A stretch of 64,000 bases of DNA, taken from positions 32,001-96,000 of the forward strand of contig JAWLHJ010000001.1 in NCBI GenBank assembly GCA_041690395.1, in the 5' to 3' direction. The position numbers and the translations under genes were made by a program. Positions 22,067 through 31,264 of this stretch are shown piece after piece. The notes under the pieces were generated by a model. It did no database searches. It was not told the origin of the DNA and saw only the letters and a program-made list of their open reading frames with translations. Origin of the DNA: Longimicrobiales bacterium (GTDB lineage: Bacteria; Gemmatimonadota; Gemmatimonadetes; Longimicrobiales; Gaopeijiaceae). The stretch's first letter is position 1. Each line of letters begins with the position of its first letter.

Positions 22067-23743
22067 ATGCTCACGCCCAAGCTCCTCACGACCCTGCGCT
22101 CCTACGACCGCGTTCAGTTCGGGGCGGACATCAAGGCGGGGGTCATCGTGGGCGTCGTGGCGTTGCCGCTGGCCATCGCCTTCGCCATCGCCAGCGGAGT
22201 CTCACCGGACCGGGGGCTCTACACCGCCATCATCGGCGGCTTCCTGATCAGCGCGCTCGGCGGCTCGCGCGTGCAGATCGGGGGTCCCACCGGGGCCTTC
22301 GTCGTGATCGTGTACGGCATCGTGCAGCAACACGGCATCGACGGTCTGATCGTGGCAACGATCATGGCCGGCATCATGCTCGTCGGGCTCGGCGTGGCTC
22401 GGCTCGGGAGCGCCATCAAGTTCATTCCGCACCCCGTCGTGACCGGCTTCACGAGCGGGATCGCGCTCATCATCTTCTCGAGTCAGGTCAAGGATCTGCT
22501 CGGCCTCCGCATGGGGCCCGTTCCCGCCGAGTTCCTCGACCAGTGGCGCGCCTACGGCGAGCACATCGGTAGCTACAATCCCTCCGCGATCGCCCTGTCC
22601 GCGGCCGCCCTCGTCACGCTCCTCGCGTGGCCGCGCGTGAGCCGCCGCGTACCCGCTCCCCTCGTGAGCCTGGTGCTCGTCACGGTGATGGCTCGTGTGC
22701 TCGAGCTCGACGTCGAGACGCTCGGCAGCCGCTTCGGTGAGATCTCGGCCAGCGTTCCCACGCCGTCGCTCCCCAGCGTGGACCTGGCCATGGTTACCGA
22801 ACTCATCGGACCGGCGTTCACGATCGCACTGCTCGGCGGCATCGAGTCGCTTCTGTCCGCCGTCGTGGCGGACGGGATGATCGGCGGACGGCACCGATCG
22901 AACATGGAGCTGGTCGGCCAGGGCGTCGCGAACATCGTCACCCCCCTCTTCGGTGGCATCCCCGCCACCGGGGCCATCGCGCGCACCGCGACGAACGTGA
23001 AGAGCGGCGGGCGCACGCCGGTCGCCGGTATGATCCATGCCCTCACGCTCCTGATCATCACGCTGTTCTTCGGCCGGTGGGTCGCGTACATCCCGTTCGC
23101 CGCCCTGGCCGCCATCCTGCTGGTCGTGTCGTACCACATGAGCGAGTGGCGGGCGTTCAAGGCGGAGTTCACGGCGCCGAAGAGCGACGTGCTCGTGATG
23201 CTGACCACGTTCACGCTCACGGTGACCGTGGGGCTCACGTTGGCCATCCAGGTGGGGCTCGTCCTGGCCGCGCTCCTCTTCATGAAACGCATGGCCGAGG
23301 TCACCAACATCCAGGCGGTCACGCGGGAGCTTCGCGACAACGGCGACACGTACGCCACCGACACGAACGCCACGCGCACCAGGCACATCCCGGACGGGGT
23401 CGAGGTCTTCGAGATCAACGGGCCCTTCTTCTTCGGCGCGGCGAGGGCCTTCAAGGAACACGTGGAGCAGGTCCTCGGGCGACCCCGCGTGCTGGTCCTT
23501 CGCATGCGGAACGTGCCGGCCGTGGATTCGACGGGGCTGCATGCCCTCTCGGAGGTCGTGCGCGCGAGTCGACGCGAAGGCACCCTCGTGGTCCTCGCCG
23601 ACGTCCATGCTCAACCCATGTTCGCCCTCGCGCAGTCGTACCTGGCTGACGAGATCGGGCAGGAGAACATCCTCGACAACCTCGACGATGCTCTCGCCCG
23701 AGCCGCCGCGCACCTGGAACCGTCGAGCTCGAGCACGGGTTAG
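22067..23743 (+). CDS. sulP: SulP/SLC26 anion permease with STAS domain
   Basis: GGSRVQIGGPTGAF, IESLLSAVVAD, PATGAIARTATN; STAS GPFFFGAA...DSTG. Confidence 0.95.
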   Translation: MLTPKLLTTLRSYDRVQFGADIKAGVIVGVVALPLAIAFAIASGVSPDRGLYTAIIGGFLISALGGSRVQIGGPTGAFVVIVYGIVQQHGIDGLIVATIMAGIMLVGLGVARLGSAIKFIPHPVVTGFTSGIALIIFSSQVKDLLGLRMGPVPAEFLDQWRAYGEHIGSYNPSAIALSAAALVTLLAWPRVSRRVPAPLVSLVLVTVMARVLELDVETLGSRFGEISASVPTPSLPSVDLAMVTELIGPAFTIALLGGIESLLSAVVADGMIGGRHRSNMELVGQGVANIVTPLFGGIPATGAIARTATNVKSGGRTPVAGMIHALTLLIITLFFGRWVAYIPFAALAAILLVVSYHMSEWRAFKAEFTAPKSDVLVMLTTFTLTVTVGLTLAIQVGLVLAALLFMKRMAEVTNIQAVTRELRDNGDTYATDTNATRTRHIPDGVEVFEINGPFFFGAARAFKEHVEQVLGRPRVLVLRMRNVPAVDSTGLHALSEVVRASRREGTLVVLADVHAQPMFALAQSYLADEIGQENILDNLDDALARAAAHLEPSSSSTG

Positions 23744-23828
23744 AGGGACGGAGGGACCCGCGGGCTCACGACCTCCCACGACGGATACGGTCGGCGCGGC
23801 CCGCACGAACGATCGACGGATCGTCACG

Positions 23829-24758
23829 GTGTATCTGGCCACGGTATCACGCGTCGAAGGTCGGCGGGCGAGCCGCTCCCGCCGGTTCGCAAGGGCCGCG
23901 CTCGGCCTGTTCGGACTGCACGCGTGCCTGTTGTTCTTCCCGCCGATCCCGCCCGACGTGAAGGGGTCGCTGTGGTCCTACCTGCTCGCCGGGCTCGCGG
24001 TCGTTCTGGCCACGCTGGCCGTGCGTCCGCGCGTGGGTGGGTTGCTGGAGGGCTGGGTCTCCCTGGCCTCGACGACGAGGTGGACGCTCGGCCTGGGAAT
24101 GGCCGGTCTCCTCCTGGCGTCCGGCATGGCGCTGTGGGTCTTGTCGCCCGAAGCCTTCGTCCGCTGGTCCGATGACGAAGGCGTGTACCAACCCCTCACG
24201 ATGTTCTGGTACCTGTCCGGCGCCATGGTGCTGTTCGATACCGCCGGGAGGAGGTTCGGCGACGCGAGGCGGTCCCTCCGGCTCCTCGGCGCCGGCTTCG
24301 TGCTGCTCTTCCTCGAGGAGATCGACTATCTCGGGGTCTTCGGTGGGCTGATCGGTCGCGTCGATGGCGTGTACGTGGGCTCCGTGCACGACCTGATCAA
24401 CCTCGCCGTGAAAGGTGGCCTCGCTCCCGTAGGAGTCGCCGCGATCGCCGGCGCGTCGGTCCTCGGGCTCGTCCTGGCATGGCGAGGTCGGTATCTCCAG
24501 CTTCGGAAGCTCCTCTCGCCTTCGGCGAGCGCCTGGCTGTTGGGCGGAGCGGTCGTGATGGGCGCCGGCCAGCTCATGGACCTCGGGCGATGGGGATTCG
24601 GGGGTGGCCTCGCCATCTTCGAGGAGCTGATGGAGGTGACGGCGGCCACCCTCTGGCTGACGTTCGCGCTCGAGGTCGCAGCCCTCGAGCCGAGGAGGCG
24701 CACGGGCCCGGCAACGCGTGCTCGGACGCGACGAATTCACGCCTCGGGTGTAGATTGA
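23829..24758 (+). CDS. Hypothetical multi-TM membrane protein
   Basis: About 8 hydrophobic segments, FLEEIDY and FEELME motifs; start uncertain. Confidence 0.6.
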   Translation: MYLATVSRVEGRRASRSRRFARAALGLFGLHACLLFFPPIPPDVKGSLWSYLLAGLAVVLATLAVRPRVGGLLEGWVSLASTTRWTLGLGMAGLLLASGMALWVLSPEAFVRWSDDEGVYQPLTMFWYLSGAMVLFDTAGRRFGDARRSLRLLGAGFVLLFLEEIDYLGVFGGLIGRVDGVYVGSVHDLINLAVKGGLAPVGVAAIAGASVLGLVLAWRGRYLQLRKLLSPSASAWLLGGAVVMGAGQLMDLGRWGFGGGLAIFEELMEVTAATLWLTFALEVAALEPRRRTGPATRARTRRIHASGVD

Positions 24759-24791
24759 GCGCTCACGAACACCCAGCACCGCAGAGAAGAC

Positions 24792-26885
24792 ATGATCAAG
24801 GATCTGCTCGAAAGACCGATCGAGAAGCGGCCGACGACCCTCCGTTTCGACGGACGTATCCTCTACCTGCTCGACGACACCGAGCTGCTCGAGGCCCAGC
24901 TGTACGAGGGCAAGAACCTCGAGCTCACGGACGAGCTGAAGGCGCGCCTTCGCGATCAGATCTCCACCGACGAGATCACGCCCGCCTACATCTGCTTCTT
25001 CTACGACGAGACGCTGGGCGACTTCCCGTACCTCGGGCTCCGCACGACGAACCGGAGCACCGGAGGGACCGACTACCCGGTCAAGCGGAACGCCGTCCGC
25101 AACGGCGGCTTCGTTTGCTCGGTGGCCGGAAAGCGCCGCGGCAAGGGAAGTAGCCGCGAGGCCAGCCCGTATGCCGAGCTCCACGCGGGGATCCAGGTCG
25201 TGGTCGCCGAGAGCATCGAGCGGATCTACAACGAGAACTGCCAGAACCTCGGGGTCCTGACCACCGACGACTTCGGCATCATCGACCGCATCGAGGCCGG
25301 CGAGGAGATCCAGCTCGAGGAGTTCACGCGCGGGAAGGACGAGATCACCCGCCAGATCATCGAGTACGGCGGCCTCTTCGAGTTCAACGTGGCTCGACTG
25401 CAGGGCAAGGTGACCATCCCGGTCACGTCTGCGCTCGCGTCCGGCGCACCCGAGCGGCGTCCGATGACCCTCGGCGAGAAGATCTTCGCGAAGCACCTCG
25501 TCACCGACGCGTCGAAGGGCGAGATCGGAGTGCCCTGGGTGAAGCCCGGAGACGCCGGCTTCTTCCGCACGGACATCCGCTTCAGCCACGAATACGTGAC
25601 GCCGATGGCCTCGATCTTCTTCGAGGAGAAGGTCGGAGAGGACGCCAAGGTGGTGGACAAGGACTCCATCCTCTTCTTCCGGGATCACCTCACCTTCCTG
25701 TCGAAGGTCATGAGCCAGGAGCGCATCGAGGACGGGCTCCTGGACGTGGCCAACGAGCTCGAGGTGAAGCAGCGCACGTTCGCGGAGAAGCAGGGTGTGA
25801 AGTTGTACGGCGAACAGATGGGCCGTCAGCTCGGCTCGCAGGCGATCTGCCATTCGAAGATCCTCGAGGAGTACGCCGAGCCCGGCATGCTCGTCATCGG
25901 GACCGACTCCCACACGCCGCACGCGGGTGCCATCGGCGCCGTGGCGTTCGGGGTCGGCACGACGGCGATCTTCAACTCGTGGATCACCAAGGACGTGCGC
26001 GTCCAGGTACCGCAGTCGTTCAAGGTGGTCATCGACGGCACGCCGGCCCCGAACGTGACCGCGAAGGATTACATGCTCGAGATCCTTCGCCATCCCTACA
26101 TCCGGGACGGCCACGCCATCGGGCAGATCATCGAATACGCGGGTCCGGCCGTCGAAGCGCTCTCCGTCGACGAGCGCGCGACCATGACCAACATGGCCGC
26201 CGAGGTCGGGGCGTTCACCGGGGTCATCGCCGCGGACGAGAAGTCGGTGGAGTTCATGGTGAACGAGCGCGGCATGGATCGCGCCCGCGCCCAGGAGCTC
26301 ATCCAGGGGATCCAGAGCGATCCCGACGCGGAGTACGTGAAGGTCATCGAGATCGACGCGTCGAAGATCCGGCCCATGGCCGCGCTCCCGAACGATCCCG
26401 GGAACGGCGTGTTCCTGGACGAGCTCGAGGGGCAGAAGATCCGCATCGACATCGCCTACGCGGGGTCGTGCACGGCCGGGAAGAAGGACGACATGGACAT
26501 GTACGCCCGCGTGCTGGCGGAAGCGCACGAACAGGGCCTCAAGGTCCACCCCGACGTCAAGCTCTTCATCCAGTGCGGCTCCATCGAAGTCAGGGAGTAC
26601 TGCCGCGAGAAGGGTTACATGGATCTGTTCGAGCGGATGGGCGCCGAATTCATCGAGCCGGGGTGTGGGGCGTGTATCGCGGCCGGCCCAGGTGTAACAA
26701 GCTCGCCGGACGACGTGTCGATCTCCTCGCAGAATCGGAACTTCCCCGGCCGCTCGGGCCCCGGGCAGCTGTACCTCGGGTCGCCCTACTCGGTCGCCGC
26801 CAGCGCGGTGGCGGGCTACGTGACGAGCTGGTCCCAGGGCCAGAAGTTCGATCCCGTCGAGCCGAGGAAGCTGGCTACGGTCTGA
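24792..26885 (+). CDS. Aconitase-superfamily hydro-lyase, fused small(swivel)-large subunit (LeuD-LeuC/homoaconitase-like)
   Basis: N-terminal DQISTDEITP, GKGSSRE, ERIYNENCQNLG; C-terminal GTDSHT, GSCT, PGCGAC, NRNFPGR. Confidence 0.88.
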   Translation: MIKDLLERPIEKRPTTLRFDGRILYLLDDTELLEAQLYEGKNLELTDELKARLRDQISTDEITPAYICFFYDETLGDFPYLGLRTTNRSTGGTDYPVKRNAVRNGGFVCSVAGKRRGKGSSREASPYAELHAGIQVVVAESIERIYNENCQNLGVLTTDDFGIIDRIEAGEEIQLEEFTRGKDEITRQIIEYGGLFEFNVARLQGKVTIPVTSALASGAPERRPMTLGEKIFAKHLVTDASKGEIGVPWVKPGDAGFFRTDIRFSHEYVTPMASIFFEEKVGEDAKVVDKDSILFFRDHLTFLSKVMSQERIEDGLLDVANELEVKQRTFAEKQGVKLYGEQMGRQLGSQAICHSKILEEYAEPGMLVIGTDSHTPHAGAIGAVAFGVGTTAIFNSWITKDVRVQVPQSFKVVIDGTPAPNVTAKDYMLEILRHPYIRDGHAIGQIIEYAGPAVEALSVDERATMTNMAAEVGAFTGVIAADEKSVEFMVNERGMDRARAQELIQGIQSDPDAEYVKVIEIDASKIRPMAALPNDPGNGVFLDELEGQKIRIDIAYAGSCTAGKKDDMDMYARVLAEAHEQGLKVHPDVKLFIQCGSIEVREYCREKGYMDLFERMGAEFIEPGCGACIAAGPGVTSSPDDVSISSQNRNFPGRSGPGQLYLGSPYSVAASAVAGYVTSWSQGQKFDPVEPRKLATV

Positions 26886-26915
26886 CCGGGTGACGCCTGC
26901 GGGGCCGTCACCCGG
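26886..26915 (+). terminator. Hairpin after the aconitase-family gene
   Basis: CCGGGTGACG...CGTCACCCGG stem; no strong U-tract. Confidence 0.4.
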
Positions 26916-26987
26916 CGGCCCGGGCACTCATCGCACGAATTGAATGTTCCGGGGCCCTCGGGCTCCCGGACCCGACATAAGGCATCC

Positions 26988-29918
26988 ATGCCTCGACGTG
27001 ACGCGCGACCCCTTCCGGCCATGGCGTGCGCTCTCGTCATGGCGCTCATGCTGCTCCCCGCCGGAGGCAGCGCACAGGGTATCGGGCTCTCCTTGACGCC
27101 CAGCGTGGAGGAAACGCGCTGGGGCGAGGACCTCCTGATTCCGAACACCGTCTTTCCCGGCGCTCTCGCGTCGGCGCACTTCGGGCGGTTCGTCTCGCTC
27201 GATGCCCACTACTTCCAGTCGGGAAGACAGGAAGTGACCGGTTCGGCGACGCCGGTCGAGGCGCGGCGGTGGGGTGGAGACATCTTCGTGGCGCTCTCTC
27301 CCACGCCGATTGCGCCTTTCGTACGGCTCGGCGCGGGTGTCGTCGAGTTCAGGCCCGAGCAGGAAGGCGCCGAAGCCAGCCGACACCTCGCGGCCTCGTT
27401 CGGCGGAGGACTGCGCTTCGCGGTCCGCGACCGCCTGAGCGGAGAGCTCTCGGTCCGCCGTCTGTCGTTTCGCGCCGGGCCCGGATCTGGGGTGGTCGAG
27501 GACGACGGCTCCAGCGACCCGGTCCGGGACATCGGGACCTACACCATCGGCGCCGGCCTCCGTATGCCGCTCGGCGGCACGTGGGACAACCCGGAGACCG
27601 ACGAGGCGGTCCGGAATCTCCGGACACTCGCGCTCCCGGTCCGGCTCTTCGGTGGATCCATGGGGTTCGCCGACGAGCTCGGGCTCGAGAATCATCCGGT
27701 CATGGGAGCGCTGCTCGGGGTCGACCTCGGTCCGTTCGTCGGCACGAGCCTGTACGCCTTCGGTAGCGCGCAGGACGGGCTCACCTCGCCGGAGCTGTTC
27801 TACGGATACGGTCTCGAGAGCTCGTTCAACCTGGTACGCCGGGGCGCGGGCGCGACGCCGCATCTGATTCTGGGCGGCGGCCGCGTGCACTTCACCGAGG
27901 CCGACCGCGCCACCGCCGACCTGGACGGGCGGAAGAAGTGGACGGCGACTATCGGCGCAGGCCTCGACTTCACCGTGACTGATCGGTTCCGCGGAGAGGC
28001 CGCCGTCCGGAACCTCGTCCTCACGCAGCCGGCGAGCGCCGACGTGAGCAGCCCGGACCAGCTTCGGTCGAACTGGCTTCTGTCGGCGGGCATACGGTTC
28101 GTGGTGGGCGGAGGCCGCGGGCGATCGGACACGCCGTCCCAGGTATCTTCGGACGCCTCCGGACGTGGCGGATCCGCCGGCGACGCACCGGCCACGGACG
28201 ACCGTCGCCGGGCGACGCCGGACGAGATCGAGCAGCTCGAGTTGGAGCGGCAACGGCTGCTCGGGGAGCTCGAGGTCGAGCGTCTCCGCCGGGCCCTCGA
28301 CCGTCTCAGGGCCGAGGACGATCCGTCCGCGGCCGAGCGCCTGCTCGCCGAGGCGCGAAGAGAGCCCGGGGAACCGGCCGCCCCCAGAACGTTCGAGCTT
28401 CCGGTGCTCGAGGAAGGGGAGATCCGCGTGCGCTTCGGGCCCGAGCGCGGGGTCGACTCGGTGACGACCACGACGGGCGATCCTGCGGCGCGCCAGGACG
28501 GCACGGACGACGACGCTGATCCAACGGAGGCCCGTGATCCGCGCGTGGCCTCGTTGCTCGAGCGGGTGGCTCGCCTGGAGGGACGGATCGAAGAGCTCTC
28601 CGATCGAGCCGGTCAGGCTGCCGCGCCCGCCGTGCCCGGCAACCTCCAGGTCGACGTGCAGGCGCCCGGGGCGGTTGGTGGTGGCGCCGCGGCAGGGGCC
28701 GTGAGCGAGCCCGCCCCTCGCGGCATCTTCCGGGGAGAGGGGCCTGGCTTCGACGGAGCAGCGCTCTACGCCGGCGGGCGGCTCGAGCCGACATCCCAGG
28801 GCATCATGGGCGGCGAGGTCGACATCGGCTCGGCGCTGGGGGGCAGCCTCCGTGTTCGACCCGGCTTCGCGCTCGGGTTCGGCAGCAACTTCATCTGGAG
28901 CCTCGGGACGGACGTGGCATGGCCCGCTCCGTTCACGCTCTGGGGTCTCAGGCCCGGCCTCACCGCCGGCGTCGGGATCCTGCGAGAGGACGGCGTCACC
29001 CGCGTGATGATCCCGAACCTCGGGGTCGAGCTGGGTCATCGGCTCACCGAGCGGCTGGAAGGCTACATGGCCTACCAGACCCTCGACCTTTTCGATGACC
29101 AGCGCCTGGTCGTGGGCGTCCGGCTGAGGCCCGGACCGGAAGAGGAGGAAGCGAGGGTGCGCGTCACCGTTCCCGGCCGGGCCGCGGAGGTTGACTCAGC
29201 CGCGGGTCGAGCACCCGCGGTCGGCGCCTCCGGGCAGCCCGACTCGGCCGCCGTCGCCGAGCGGGAGGCGCTGCGGGAGGAGCTCGGCGAGTTGGGGGCT
29301 GAAGTGGAGGCGCTGCGGAACGCGCTCTCCCGGGCCGAAGACACGGCGCGCCAAGCGGAGCGTCGGGCCGAGGAGGCGCGCGCCGAGGCGCGGACGAGGG
29401 ACCAGGCCGAGCGCGACGCGGCCGAGGAAGAGGAGGAGCCGGACGAGCCCGACGCGGACGAGCGGGCCGCTGCGGACCCGTCCGATTCCGCCGCGGCCAT
29501 GGTCGAGGAGCTCAGCGCCCTCGAGCGACTCGAGTCGGTGCAGGACGTACGGAGGGTCGCCCGCGGCGTAGCCGTCGTCCTGGGCGGGAATCGCACGTTC
29601 GGGGTCGGCGAGGACTCGCTGTCCCCGATGGCGCACTCCGAGATCGGGCTGATCGCCGAGGAGCTCCTCCGGTGGGACCACCCGATCTCGATCGAGGGGC
29701 ACACCGACTCGACGGGCGGCCCGGAGCTCAACCTGAGCCTGTCCGAGGATCGGGCGGCCGCCGTGCGGGCCGCATTGGTCGCGCACGGCCTCGCGCCGTC
29801 CGCCGTGACGTCCACGGGATTCGGACTCACGCGGCCGGTCGCGGACAACGCCACGGCGGACGGGCGGGCTTCCAATCGCAGGGTGGAGATCGTCGTGCTG
29901 CTGGATGGCCTCCGCTGA
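26988..29918 (+). CDS. Large OmpA-domain protein with several predicted beta-barrel domains and coiled coils
   Basis: Signal peptide; barrel-like segments; C-terminal IEGHTDSTG...NLSLSEDRAAAV...NRRVEI. Confidence 0.8.
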   Translation: MPRRDARPLPAMACALVMALMLLPAGGSAQGIGLSLTPSVEETRWGEDLLIPNTVFPGALASAHFGRFVSLDAHYFQSGRQEVTGSATPVEARRWGGDIFVALSPTPIAPFVRLGAGVVEFRPEQEGAEASRHLAASFGGGLRFAVRDRLSGELSVRRLSFRAGPGSGVVEDDGSSDPVRDIGTYTIGAGLRMPLGGTWDNPETDEAVRNLRTLALPVRLFGGSMGFADELGLENHPVMGALLGVDLGPFVGTSLYAFGSAQDGLTSPELFYGYGLESSFNLVRRGAGATPHLILGGGRVHFTEADRATADLDGRKKWTATIGAGLDFTVTDRFRGEAAVRNLVLTQPASADVSSPDQLRSNWLLSAGIRFVVGGGRGRSDTPSQVSSDASGRGGSAGDAPATDDRRRATPDEIEQLELERQRLLGELEVERLRRALDRLRAEDDPSAAERLLAEARREPGEPAAPRTFELPVLEEGEIRVRFGPERGVDSVTTTTGDPAARQDGTDDDADPTEARDPRVASLLERVARLEGRIEELSDRAGQAAAPAVPGNLQVDVQAPGAVGGGAAAGAVSEPAPRGIFRGEGPGFDGAALYAGGRLEPTSQGIMGGEVDIGSALGGSLRVRPGFALGFGSNFIWSLGTDVAWPAPFTLWGLRPGLTAGVGILREDGVTRVMIPNLGVELGHRLTERLEGYMAYQTLDLFDDQRLVVGVRLRPGPEEEEARVRVTVPGRAAEVDSAAGRAPAVGASGQPDSAAVAEREALREELGELGAEVEALRNALSRAEDTARQAERRAEEARAEARTRDQAERDAAEEEEEPDEPDADERAAADPSDSAAAMVEELSALERLESVQDVRRVARGVAVVLGGNRTFGVGEDSLSPMAHSEIGLIAEELLRWDHPISIEGHTDSTGGPELNLSLSEDRAAAVRAALVAHGLAPSAVTSTGFGLTRPVADNATADGRASNRRVEIVVLLDGLR

Positions 29919-29931
29919 GCCCGCCGCGTTC

Positions 29932-29947
29932 TGGCATCTTTCCTGCA
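29932..29947 (+). promoter_or_regulatory. Putative sigma54 -24/-12 promoter
   Basis: TGGCATCTTTCCTGCA = GG-N10-GC, 80 bp upstream of ATG 30027. Confidence 0.6.
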
Positions 29948-30026
29948 TCTATTGAAAAACAGGAGTCGGGACCCCAACAGCCCGGCCGCCGCGGACCCCG
30001 TACATCCCAGAAGAAGGAAGGAAGGT

Positions 30027-30725
30027 ATGAGCACCAAGCGTTGGAAGACCCACAGGTTCGCCATCCTGGCCGGCCTCGGCCTGGTCGGGGCGACGAGTGC
30101 CTGCTCCACCGTGAGCCCGGAAGAGATGGACACCGGTCTCGCGGCGCTGCGGGCGGAGATGATGGAAGAGATGGAGGCCGGCGACGAGCAGGTCTCGCAG
30201 GAGCTCGGGAGCCGTATCGGCTCGGTCGAGCAGCGTCTCTCGCAGCTCGAGTCCGACCTCCAGGAGATGGAGCGGGAGTTCGAGGTCACCGTGCAGCGGC
30301 TCGAGGACCAGCTCCGGTTCGACGTGCCGGTATACTTCGGGTTCGACGAGTCCGAGCTGACGCCCGAAGCGGCACCCATCCTCGACCGGTTCACGTCGGT
30401 CGTGCAGCAGTACTACCCCGAGGCCCTGATCACCGTCGAGGGCTTCACGGATCCGTCCGGCTCGGCGGCGTACAACCAGACGCTGGGCCAGCGCCGCGCG
30501 GACGCGGTGCGCCAGTACCTGGTCGAGAACGGCTCGGTCAACGACCAGCGCGTCCGTGCCGTGAGCTACGGTGAGGACTCCTCCCGTCTGGTCCAGCCGA
30601 ACGCGACCGGCCCCGGCCAGGACGGCTGGCAGAACCGCCGGGTCGTGCTGGTGATCGATCACCAGGGCACGCCGCCGGCGCAGGCGACGGACGAGCAGGG
30701 CACCGAGGAGCAGGGCACCCGGTAG
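30027..30725 (+). CDS. OmpA/Pal-like peptidoglycan-binding lipoprotein with coiled-coil stalk
   Basis: Strong RBS, lipobox TSAC, VYFGFD, VEGFTD, NQTLGQRRA, NRRV. Confidence 0.88.
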   Translation: MSTKRWKTHRFAILAGLGLVGATSACSTVSPEEMDTGLAALRAEMMEEMEAGDEQVSQELGSRIGSVEQRLSQLESDLQEMEREFEVTVQRLEDQLRFDVPVYFGFDESELTPEAAPILDRFTSVVQQYYPEALITVEGFTDPSGSAAYNQTLGQRRADAVRQYLVENGSVNDQRVRAVSYGEDSSRLVQPNATGPGQDGWQNRRVVLVIDHQGTPPAQATDEQGTEEQGTR

Positions 30726-30751
30726 CAGCGGTCCGCTCGTCGAGCGACATT

Positions 30752-30784
30752 GAAGGGGTCCGGCCTGTTGGGCCGGGCCCCTTC
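30752..30784 (+). terminator. Rho-independent terminator
   Basis: GAAGGGGTCCGGCC...GGCCGGGCCCCTTC stem followed by GTCGTT. Confidence 0.7.
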
Positions 30785-30860
30785 GTCGTTCCGGGAGGGT
30801 ACGCGGCCCCGCGGGTACGCGTGATGTCCCAGATCTTCCGTCCCAACAGAGAGACCGTCC

Positions 30861-31235
30861 ATGACCGTGGTCGCCGTGGCTCTGGGTGGCGCCTTGGGCG
30901 CTGTCTCGCGCTATCTGCTCGGAAGCTGGGTTCAGTCGATCTCCGGCGGGTCGTTCCCCTGGGGTACGTGGACGGTGAACGTGCTGGGGTCGTTGCTACT
31001 CGGCTTCGCGATGGTCTGGCTGGCAGAGACGCTCGCCTCGGCGGAGCTGCGACTTTTCGTCGCGATGGGCTTCCTCGGCTCGTTCACGACATTCAGCACG
31101 TTCAGCTTCGAGACGGTCGAGCTCATCCGGGAGGGGCTCTGGATGAGGGCCGGCGTCTACTCGCTGGGCTCGCTCATGGTCGGCGTCCTGGCCGTGGTCG
31201 CCGGGGCGGCCGCCGCGGTAGCCGCCACCCGCTAA
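30861..31235 (+). CDS. crcB: Fluoride channel Fluc/CrcB
   Basis: GGALGAVSRY, FPWGTWTVN and GFLGSFTTFSTF motifs. Confidence 0.95.
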   Translation: MTVVAVALGGALGAVSRYLLGSWVQSISGGSFPWGTWTVNVLGSLLLGFAMVWLAETLASAELRLFVAMGFLGSFTTFSTFSFETVELIREGLWMRAGVYSLGSLMVGVLAVVAGAAAAVAATR

Positions 31236-31264
31236 CCCGGGCGCATCCGTCGGCCGTGTGGCCT

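Noticed and set aside
30785..30860. Fluoride riboswitch upstream of crcB
   Set aside because: No GGCGATGG...CTGATG-type conserved core visible; an Infernal scan would settle it.
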